Source of the DNA: an uncultured Ruminococcus sp.
GTDB lineage: Bacteria > Bacillota > Clostridia > Oscillospirales > CAG-272
DNA length: 64,000 nucleotides
Assembly (NCBI GenBank): GCA_902795355.1
Contig: CADBKZ010000004.1
Span: 65,029-129,028 of the forward strand
Reading direction: 5' to 3'
The stretch's first letter is position 1; each line of letters begins with the position of its first letter. Below are positions 18,966-26,334 of the stretch, one piece after another. Made by a program: the position numbers and the translations under genes. The notes beneath the pieces are model-generated. The model searched no databases. It had not been told where the DNA came from and was given only the letters and a program-made list of their open reading frames with translations.

Positions 18966-19218
18966 GTCGGTGTCCCTTTCTTTGTCGGTTTTCCGAATTA
19001 TAACCATATTCTATCAGATTTTTCCACGAAAGTCAATTTTTTATCCACATAAAAACGACATTTTTCCACATTCAAGAGACAATAGTGAATTGAAAACCGG
19101 CCCATCCCGTGTTAAAATGGAATAGGTAACGGGAAAAAGCGCGGAAGAGGAAACGCGGCGGTTTCCGTTGTTGCCCGAAAAAACTGACTTTTTTTCAGTT
19201 GGAAGTGACTTCCTGTGA

Positions 19219-19247
19219 TTGACAAAAAAACGGGAGTGTGCGATAAT
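19219..19247 (+). promoter_or_regulatory. Sigma-A-type promoter of the EEP lipoprotein gene
   Basis: TTGACA-N17-GATAAT with TGc extended -10. The palindrome GGAAGTGACTTCC (19201-19213) lies just upstream of the -35 box. Confidence 0.5.
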
Positions 19248-19343
19248 TTTAATGGAAATTATTTTTTTGGAGAAAACCATGAAAAGAAAAGGAAAAAACA
19301 GGAAAGTTTGTTCATTTTCTCAGAAATCGGGGGAGGTGATTCT

Positions 19344-21059
19344 TTGAAACGAAATCGAATGCCAATCCGCGCGGCGTGTTTCTTTCTCGGCGGATGGCTG
19401 ATGCTGTGCGGCCTGTTTTCCTCATGCGGGAAAGAAAGCAAGGAAAACCAAAAGGAGACGGACGAGGTTGTACAAACCGAAATGTTGCTCTCGTCCTGCG
19501 CCTTGGTGTACCCGAGCGGCGCAAACCAAACGCTCAAAACCGCCGTAACGAACCTTTGGCGGGAATTTTCCAACCGCTTCGGCGTTACTTTGGAGCTATC
19601 CGACGATTTTGAAGCCGCGTCTGCCGACGCGCCCGAAATTCTCATCGGCTACACATCGCGTCAGGAATCGCGCGAGGCCATGGAAGCAATCGGCTACTAT
19701 GATTGGACGGTGCGCGTCGTCGGCTCCAAGCTCGTGGTCGCCTCGCATACCGAGGAATCGCTCTTCGCGGCCGTCGAGTCGCTCCGTACCGAGCTGCTGG
19801 CGGAAGGAAAGGACGAACGCGGCAATCCCGCGCCAATCCTGACCGCCGAAAAAACGCACCGTTCCGACACCTATGAATTCTTCTTCGATGAAAACCCGTT
19901 TTCGGCATATCGCATCGTTTATCCCGATGGGAACGACCTGCTCAAACAGAAAGCGGACCGCATGGCGCAACTTCTCAAAAAGCGGTTTTCCGCAACGATC
20001 CCCGTGGTCAGCGACGCCGAACCCGCGCAGGAATCCGAAATCCTGTTCGGGGTTACGAACCGCACCGCCTATTCCGCGTACTACACGGGCGCGGAAGCTC
20101 CGGACCGGCTGCATTATGTAATCTCGGCCGAGGGAAGCCGCGTGCTGTGCGTCGGTACCGACAGCCGGACCGCCGATTCTGCCTGCGAACGCTTTATAGA
20201 GCTGTTTTTCGGCGAGGTGGGATATTCCTATGAATGGAATCTGCCGGACGGCTTCTATCTTTGCGATGTTGCCCACGCCACTGATGCCGACCGCACCCGT
20301 GACAGCGGCGTTGACCTTCGGATTATGTCCTATAATATCCTGACGAGCGACTTTTCCGCCGAAACCGCCCCGTTCGGGGATCGGTGTCCCTATGTCGCTT
20401 CCGAGATCCTGTACTATCTTCCCGACGTTGCGGGCTTGCAGGAAGTTGGCGAAAACGAATACCGCCTGCTGGAAGCGGCCGTGGGCGACACCTACGCGTT
20501 CACCGATAAGCTCACATCCACCGGCGCGTACAGCTACACCACGCTCCTGTACAATAAAAACACCGTCCGCTTCGTAACCGGCGATAACACCCCCTATGTA
20601 AATGCGGGAAGCCCCCGCATCCGCCTGATGTCATGGGGGCTCTTCACGCACATCGAAACCGGCAAACGCTTCCTTGTGGTCAACACCCATTGGGAAGTTC
20701 ACGAAAACGATAAGGGCTACCGCGTGAAGCAATCGCAGGAAATGGCCGCGTTCGTCAACGAGCTTTCGGCAAAGTACCATTGCCCCGTGTTCACAACGGG
20801 CGACTTCAACACCCCCGAAACCGCGGACTATTTTCAGGAATACCTGACCGTTTCCGCCCAAAAAGAGGCGCGCTACACGGCAAAACGCATTGCAAACGCG
20901 AAATCCGACGCCGTAATCGATCATATCAACTATACCCCGAATCTTTCCGGCGCCGCCTGCCTCGAAGCCTTAACCTTCAAACTGATCCGGTCGGGCGAAA
21001 CCGTTCTCGGCTCGGACCACGACCCCATTTGGGCGGATTTCCGCTTTTCATCACCGTAA
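19344..21059 (+). CDS. Lipoprotein with unknown N-domain and C-terminal endonuclease/exonuclease/phosphatase (EEP) domain
   Basis: TTG at 19344 lies 5 nt after GGGAGGTG and gives KRNRMPIRAACFFLGGWLMLCGLFSSCG (lipobox). An ATG at 19359 is the alternative start. EEP motifs: IMSYNIL, GLQEV, NTHW, TGDFN, GSDHDP. Confidence 0.75.
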   Translation: MKRNRMPIRAACFFLGGWLMLCGLFSSCGKESKENQKETDEVVQTEMLLSSCALVYPSGANQTLKTAVTNLWREFSNRFGVTLELSDDFEAASADAPEILIGYTSRQESREAMEAIGYYDWTVRVVGSKLVVASHTEESLFAAVESLRTELLAEGKDERGNPAPILTAEKTHRSDTYEFFFDENPFSAYRIVYPDGNDLLKQKADRMAQLLKKRFSATIPVVSDAEPAQESEILFGVTNRTAYSAYYTGAEAPDRLHYVISAEGSRVLCVGTDSRTADSACERFIELFFGEVGYSYEWNLPDGFYLCDVAHATDADRTRDSGVDLRIMSYNILTSDFSAETAPFGDRCPYVASEILYYLPDVAGLQEVGENEYRLLEAAVGDTYAFTDKLTSTGAYSYTTLLYNKNTVRFVTGDNTPYVNAGSPRIRLMSWGLFTHIETGKRFLVVNTHWEVHENDKGYRVKQSQEMAAFVNELSAKYHCPVFTTGDFNTPETADYFQEYLTVSAQKEARYTAKRIANAKSDAVIDHINYTPNLSGAACLEALTFKLIRSGETVLGSDHDPIWADFRFSSP

Positions 21060-21076
21060 ACCGAAAAGGAGACCCT

Positions 21077-21895
21077 ATGAATTTACCAAACCAAATCATC
21101 CACCAAACCATTCCCCTCGCCGCGGGAACGGATGTCCGCATCCTTTCATGGAACATCCTCTCGGAAGAGCTTTCCCCCATCGCTCCCGACATTCGCGAGC
21201 GGATCGACCGCATTGCCGGAACCGTTCGCGCGCTTGCGCCGGACGCCATGGGCATTCAGGAAATTTCCGAAAGCGGCTATGCGCTGTTTGCCGAGAAATT
21301 GCCCGAGTATGTGTTTACCAACCCGAAAACCGCGGCGGGCGAATATAGCTTTACGGGGGTTGCCTACCGCCGCGACCGCTATTTGCTCACGGCCTCGGGC
21401 ATTGAAAATTTCGACCGCGGGAACGCCCGCATCCGCCTGATGAATTGGATTCATCTGGAAGCCGTCGAAGGCGACCGCAAATTCACCCTTGTCAGCACGC
21501 ATTGGGATCGCCATGCGCGCAACCGCCCCGCCGATTCGGACCAGATGGCGCGCTATGTTCTTTTGCTGACGGCGCGTTTCGGCGACCCCGTAATCTGCAC
21601 GGGCGATTTCAACACGCGGGAGAACGCGGAAATTTTCCAATCGTTTCTTTCTGTTTCGGGGCAGAGGGACGCCAAATATCTCGCCCCCTCGGTGGTAAAC
21701 CTTTGCTTTACGGGGCATCCCGTCGGTTCGTTTGTTCCCGAAAGCGAGGAAGAAACGTCCATCGACCACATCACGGTGGCGGATGGAATCCGCGTCCTGC
21801 AATATGAACAAATGATCAACCAAACGGTAGTGGACGTCAGCGACCATTTTCCCGTATGCGCCGATCTTCGCTTCCCGCAAGGGGAGATAAGATAA
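21077..21895 (+). CDS. Endonuclease/exonuclease/phosphatase family protein (no signal peptide)
   Basis: ILSWNIL, GIQEI, STHW, TGDFN, VSDHFP. Paralogous to the C-domain of the preceding gene (about 30% identity by eye). Confidence 0.8.
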   Translation: MNLPNQIIHQTIPLAAGTDVRILSWNILSEELSPIAPDIRERIDRIAGTVRALAPDAMGIQEISESGYALFAEKLPEYVFTNPKTAAGEYSFTGVAYRRDRYLLTASGIENFDRGNARIRLMNWIHLEAVEGDRKFTLVSTHWDRHARNRPADSDQMARYVLLLTARFGDPVICTGDFNTRENAEIFQSFLSVSGQRDAKYLAPSVVNLCFTGHPVGSFVPESEEETSIDHITVADGIRVLQYEQMINQTVVDVSDHFPVCADLRFPQGEIR

Positions 21896-21918
21896 ATTCA
21901 AATGGAAAAGAAAGGAGA

Positions 21919-23403
21919 ATGATTTCCATGAGATTACCCGTTCGACGATGGCTTTGCGTTGCGTTTGCGCTTCTGTTTGCGGTATCCGCCTTTGCGGGAT
22001 GCGGGAAGAAGCCAAAAGAAACGGCGGAGTCATCCCAAACAACCGAGCCCGTAACCAAAATGGAGTGGGGGGACGATCTGCCCTCGTCGCTCGATTTCGG
22101 CGGCACGGATTTCCATGTTTATGCGTGGCAGGAAACGCAGGAATCCGATTGGCAATCCGAAATGAGCTCGGACATTATCAACCAAGCGGTGTGGAGGAGC
22201 CGCGAGGAGGTGGCGGACCGCCTGAACGTTTCGTTTGACATTTCGTTCACCCCCGGAAACTGGGATAACCGCAACACCTTTGTTTCCAACCTCAAAACCT
22301 ACATGATGAGCGGCATGCAGTTCGACCTTGTCGGGCAGTATACGCCAACCGCGGCCGTTGGGGCAATGGAAGGGCTGTATACCGACCTTTCCGCGCTCCC
22401 GTACCTGAATTTCCATTCGGTGTATTGGCCCGGGAACTTCCTCGAATCCTGCAACATCGGCAACCGCGTGTATTTCTGCTCGGGGGATATCACGCAGTCG
22501 CTTATCACGCAGCTCGGCGTTATGTATATCAACCTCGATCTTTGGGAGGACATGGGCATTTCGGAAAACATCTATGAATTGGTGGAATCCCGCGAATGGA
22601 CCATGGAAACCATGCAGTCGCTCCTGCTCGGCCGCATTGGAATCTCGGACGACGTTGCATCCCAGAAATACGGCCTGCAAATGGAAGGGCGCATCGTGTA
22701 CGATAACCTCTTCTATGCCGCGGGGCTGAATTGGGTCACGCACGAAGAGGACGGCACGCTCTTCCTTTCGGAAGAAATAACCGCAACAAAAGCGGGCGAA
22801 TGGTATGAAACCTGCCATAAGCTCCTGTGGGAGAACGCCGACGTTTGCTCCCAGGACGACCCGCGTTACGGAGCGAACGACCCGCGTTACGGCATTACCA
22901 TTGCGGATACGTTCATGGCGGGCAAATCCATCGCGTTCATGGCGTTGAACCTGAACAGCGCAAAAACCTATGTCCGCGACGCGTCGTTCGATTTTGCGGT
23001 GGTTCCGTACCCGCTCTATAACAGCGAGCAAACCGACTATCATTCCATAACGGGGTACAGCGTTTCCATGTTCAGCGTACCAACAACGTTCCAAAGCGCG
23101 TCCATGTCGGGCGCGGTGCTGGAAGCGTTGGGTTCGTCGGGCTACCGGAACATCACGCCCAAGGTATACGACCAATCGTTCCGTCAGCGTTTCCTGCAAA
23201 CCGAGGAAAACGCGCGGATGCTCGATCTGATCCACGATTCCGTAACCTATGATACGGGCCGCATCTTCGCCGACGACATTGCCGTTTTCAACATGTATCG
23301 CAACGCGTTTTATAACACCTATTCATGGACGACGCTTTACACCGGCCGCCATGAAACATGGGAAGCGAACGTTGAAAAAGTGAACAACAAGCTCGGCGGT
23401 TAA
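21919..23403 (+). CDS. ABC-transporter extracellular solute-binding lipoprotein (large family-1 type), orphan
   Basis: AAAGGAG RBS. Signal plus lipobox LLFAVSAFAGCGKK. About 495 aa, with composition typical of LplA-like sugar-binding proteins. No permease or ATPase genes adjacent. Confidence 0.75.
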   Translation: MISMRLPVRRWLCVAFALLFAVSAFAGCGKKPKETAESSQTTEPVTKMEWGDDLPSSLDFGGTDFHVYAWQETQESDWQSEMSSDIINQAVWRSREEVADRLNVSFDISFTPGNWDNRNTFVSNLKTYMMSGMQFDLVGQYTPTAAVGAMEGLYTDLSALPYLNFHSVYWPGNFLESCNIGNRVYFCSGDITQSLITQLGVMYINLDLWEDMGISENIYELVESREWTMETMQSLLLGRIGISDDVASQKYGLQMEGRIVYDNLFYAAGLNWVTHEEDGTLFLSEEITATKAGEWYETCHKLLWENADVCSQDDPRYGANDPRYGITIADTFMAGKSIAFMALNLNSAKTYVRDASFDFAVVPYPLYNSEQTDYHSITGYSVSMFSVPTTFQSASMSGAVLEALGSSGYRNITPKVYDQSFRQRFLQTEENARMLDLIHDSVTYDTGRIFADDIAVFNMYRNAFYNTYSWTTLYTGRHETWEANVEKVNNKLGG

Positions 23404-23425
23404 TCTTTCGGTTTTCCGCGCGGCG

Positions 23426-24040
23426 GAGCAAAGTGACAGGCAAGCGGAAGCCTCATCCACCGCTACGCGGTCCCCCTTCTCCGATGGGAGAAGGCTCGTG
23501 ATGGTTGCGGATAGTGGAAATAAAGCAAAATGCGATATTTTCCAATGTGTTGTAACTTGAAGCCTTCCCCTTTGGGAAGAGTTCGTGCGGCAAGCGGCGG
23601 TGAGCGGGTTCTCCATTAGCCTTCCCCTTGGGGGAAGGTGCCGAGCTTGCGAGGCGGATGAGGCCTTCCAACGGGAACTTGCATGAAACCTCCACCTATG
23701 GCAAAACCGGCAAAGCCGGTTTATTGAGGGGAACCGCGAGCGAAAGCGAGCGGTGGAAGGAGTTTCCAATGGGCAGTTCCTTCAAGGCTCCCCCTCGGGG
23801 GGAGCTCTCGCGAAGCGAGTGAGAGGGCTTTTGAACCCTCTCCGGCTGCTTGCAGCCTGACCTCGTAATCGGCTTGCCGATTTTCCCAAGGGCGAGGCGA
23901 AGTGACAAGCGAGCGGTGGAAGGAGTAAAAAACTCCTACCGACTTGTCGCTCCGCTCCAAGCCACCGTCTTGCGAATGCCGTGCGCGGCATTTTCGCTCG
24001 GTCACGGCGCGGCTTGTCACTGGCGCCGCCGCTTCGCTAC
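23426..24040. repeat. Mosaic of short GC-rich stem-loops and degenerate direct/inverted repeat units (REP/BIME-like)
   Basis: At least 10 hairpins with 5-8 bp stems and 3-8 nt loops, for example 23475-23494, 23620-23638, 23787-23805, 23704-23722 and 23975-23992. Exact 17-mer GCGAGCGGTGGAAGGAG at 23746 and 23909. GTGACAAGC at 23902 pairs with GCTTGTCAC at 24012. Confidence 0.7.
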
Positions 24041-24202
24041 CCAAGGCGGAGATAAAGAAACAGCCAAACGGAAAAACCATGCGCGCGGCGCGCCGAAAGA
24101 ACGCAATCCATTTCTTTTATCCTGTTTTATCAGTCGTGATCGCTTTTCGCGATCCAATCAAATTTTTAATAAAAAAACAAAAATCAAAAGGAGACTTCAA
24201 TC

Positions 24203-25765
24203 ATGAAAAAAGCGTTTATTCTGATTCTGTCGGTCGCAATGCTTCTCTCCTGTTTTATCCCTGTTTGTGCCAGCGCAGAGGAGCCGACGGCAATCTCAAC
24301 TCGCGAGCAGTTTGAAGCAATTACTTCAACGGGCAACTATTATCTCACCGACGATATTGATTTCGAAGGGAAGGTCTACTCCACCTATGTTGCTCCCTGC
24401 GAGGACGATGCCAACAAACAATTCAAAGGCACTCTTGATGGCAGAGGACACACGATTCACAATTTTTCAATTTCCACATCGGAAGCAACCGGCGGTATTT
24501 TCAAGGATACCGCGAATGCAACGATTACCAACCTTAACATTGGAACCCAATCCAATCCCGTTTCTATTACGGGTGCGGCTACAACAACGGCTGTTGGAAC
24601 GATTTCCAGCGCGGCATACGGCCCTAACGTTTCCAATGTAACCGTTTGGGCTAACATTTCGGTAACAGGCGTTACATCATCCGGCGGTTCCTATGGCGGA
24701 TTTTTTGGAACACATAATAATATCAACGTAACAAACTGTGTTATGAACGGCTCTGTTTCCGTAAGCACTACTGCAAATGATATTTTTGCAGGCGGTTTTT
24801 CGGGCAAAACCCAAAGACAATGGCCGTATTACACCAATTGTATCAACAATGCGGATGTTACGGTTGTTTCCTGCGCGCGAACCGGATATGTCGGCGGTAT
24901 CGTCGCCTTTGCCACCACTGCAAATAGTTACACCCCTACCATGACCTTTACGGGATGTATCAACAATGGGACTTTGGATACCAGCGGGGCAAAGAGAATG
25001 AATCGTTGCGGCGGTATCGTTGGCGATAATCAAGGCCACCAAAATACGGTTATCACAAACTGCTTTAACTTCGGAACTTTGAATGGCCGTACAACCGCGA
25101 ATGCAAATAATGGTGTTGGCGGCATGATTGGTTATGCTTCTACTGCCGTTTCCATTACAGGGTGTGCCAACTATGGTACATTCAATGCGGCAACCGATGA
25201 TTGCGGAGCAATATATGGAAACGGAGCTGGAACGATTACCGCTTCCAATAACTTTGATCGCTCCGGCACGCTCGATGTCGGCGACGTCAGCGCGAGCGTA
25301 AAAGTCAAAGGCGTGCAGTATACGGCGGTGAACGAGCATTACAAGGCGACCCCCGAAGCCGAGGAAACGTCCGTGTTTGATATTCGCTTTGTGGGTACCG
25401 TGGATTCGCTGGAATATGCCAAAGTCGGGTTCCTTGTGGAAGTCTACTACACCGCGGACGGCGAGGTGCAAAACCGCTCCGTTCCCGTGGAATGCAAGCA
25501 TGTTTATGATTCCATCTATGCCACCGTTGGCGAAACGGCCGAGGAAATCGACGTAACCGACCTTGGCGAAACGGCGGGCGAGGCCTACATTGTGGCTCTT
25601 TCGGTCAACGCCGTTCCCGCAACCGCCGCGGCGGGCACCGTAACCTTTATCTTCCGCGCGTTCGCCGAGGACGCCGAGGGCGAAGCAATATACGGAAATG
25701 CCGCTATGTATGCGTTCCAAGCGGGCAGCCTTGTATTTTCCAGCGCGGTTCCTTGCAGTCTTTAA
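24203..25765 (+). CDS. Secreted GLUG-motif repeat protein
   Basis: Signal peptide MKKAFILILSVAMLLSCFIPVCASA. N-terminal I.T.EQF..I...GNYYLTDDIDF...FKGTLDGRGHTIHNF module. Repeated GG(I/F/M)(V/I/S)G units (GGFFG, GGFSG, GGIVA, GGIVG, GGMIG). Confidence 0.7.
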   Translation: MKKAFILILSVAMLLSCFIPVCASAEEPTAISTREQFEAITSTGNYYLTDDIDFEGKVYSTYVAPCEDDANKQFKGTLDGRGHTIHNFSISTSEATGGIFKDTANATITNLNIGTQSNPVSITGAATTTAVGTISSAAYGPNVSNVTVWANISVTGVTSSGGSYGGFFGTHNNINVTNCVMNGSVSVSTTANDIFAGGFSGKTQRQWPYYTNCINNADVTVVSCARTGYVGGIVAFATTANSYTPTMTFTGCINNGTLDTSGAKRMNRCGGIVGDNQGHQNTVITNCFNFGTLNGRTTANANNGVGGMIGYASTAVSITGCANYGTFNAATDDCGAIYGNGAGTITASNNFDRSGTLDVGDVSASVKVKGVQYTAVNEHYKATPEAEETSVFDIRFVGTVDSLEYAKVGFLVEVYYTADGEVQNRSVPVECKHVYDSIYATVGETAEEIDVTDLGETAGEAYIVALSVNAVPATAAAGTVTFIFRAFAEDAEGEAIYGNAAMYAFQAGSLVFSSAVPCSL

Positions 25766-25795
25766 CCCCGTATCGTGAAAAGGAGGAATTTTCAG

Positions 25796-25924
25796 ATGAA
25801 ACATTATCAAACCCCCGATATGGAGTTGATTTCCATTCTCCAAAACGATATTCTCACCTATTCCTACCAAGCCGGAGAAATCGGCGACGGAGATGTTGTG
25901 AATTTCTTTGATGTGTTCGAATAA
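25796..25924 (+). CDS. Candidate 42-aa acidic peptide (MKHYQTPDMELISILQNDILTYSYQAGEIGDGDVVNFFDVFE)
   Basis: Below the 60-aa track cutoff. Strong AGGAGG sits 9 nt upstream of the ATG. It fills the gap between two same-strand genes. No homolog recognised. Confidence 0.35.
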   Translation: MKHYQTPDMELISILQNDILTYSYQAGEIGDGDVVNFFDVFE

Positions 25925-25943
25925 CCGAAAAGGAGGGATTCCT

Positions 25944-26321
25944 TTGAAGAAATTTTTGATCCTTGCGGCGTTGATCCTGACCGCGGTTTGCCTGCTCGCT
26001 TCCTGCGGCGGCAAGACCGGCGGCGCGGAAACGGCTTCCGCCGAGGAAAGCGGTACCGCGGAGCCGGAGAGCGAAACCACGCGTGCGCGCGTGACCCACT
26101 CCACGCTCCCCGCCATCACCACCAACGAGGGGAATGAACCGTCCGGCTCGTCAACGGCGGGGAACGTTACCACCCAGCCGGAAAAGAGAACCACCGCTTC
26201 GGTGGAGATCATCACCGACGGTTTCTTCGTCCCCGAACGCTCCACGGAAGAGGGCGCGAGCCTGTTTGTTACCGAGGACGCACGCGAGTATGAAACCTAC
26301 CCGTTGATCGGTTTGAATTAA
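25944..26321 (+). CDS. Small lipoprotein
   Basis: TTG start 6 nt after AAGGAGGG. LKKFLILAALILTAVCLLASCGG lipobox. Low-complexity T/S/E linker, then a ~45-aa C-terminal module. Confidence 0.6.
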   Translation: MKKFLILAALILTAVCLLASCGGKTGGAETASAEESGTAEPESETTRARVTHSTLPAITTNEGNEPSGSSTAGNVTTQPEKRTTASVEIITDGFFVPERSTEEGASLFVTEDAREYETYPLIGLN

Positions 26322-26334
26322 GGAGAAAGCAACC

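Noticed and set aside
19215-19343. Upstream GTG start (19215) for the EEP lipoprotein.
   Set aside because: It would add 43 residues (IDKKTGVCDNFNGNYFFGENHEKK...) before the signal peptide and has no RBS. It would also overlap the predicted promoter (19219-19247). TTG at 19344 or ATG at 19359 follows GGGAGGTG.
23426-24040. CRISPR array interpretation of the repeat block.
   Set aside because: The repeats are short, degenerate, in both orientations and irregularly spaced. There is no 28-37-nt identical repeat alternating with unique spacers, and no cas genes are in the window.
23323-24315. Several 60-148-aa ORFs on both strands across the hairpin/repeat block.
   Set aside because: They overlap each other and have no RBS. 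Their composition is dominated by translated GC-rich palindromes, and they lack start-context or domain signatures.
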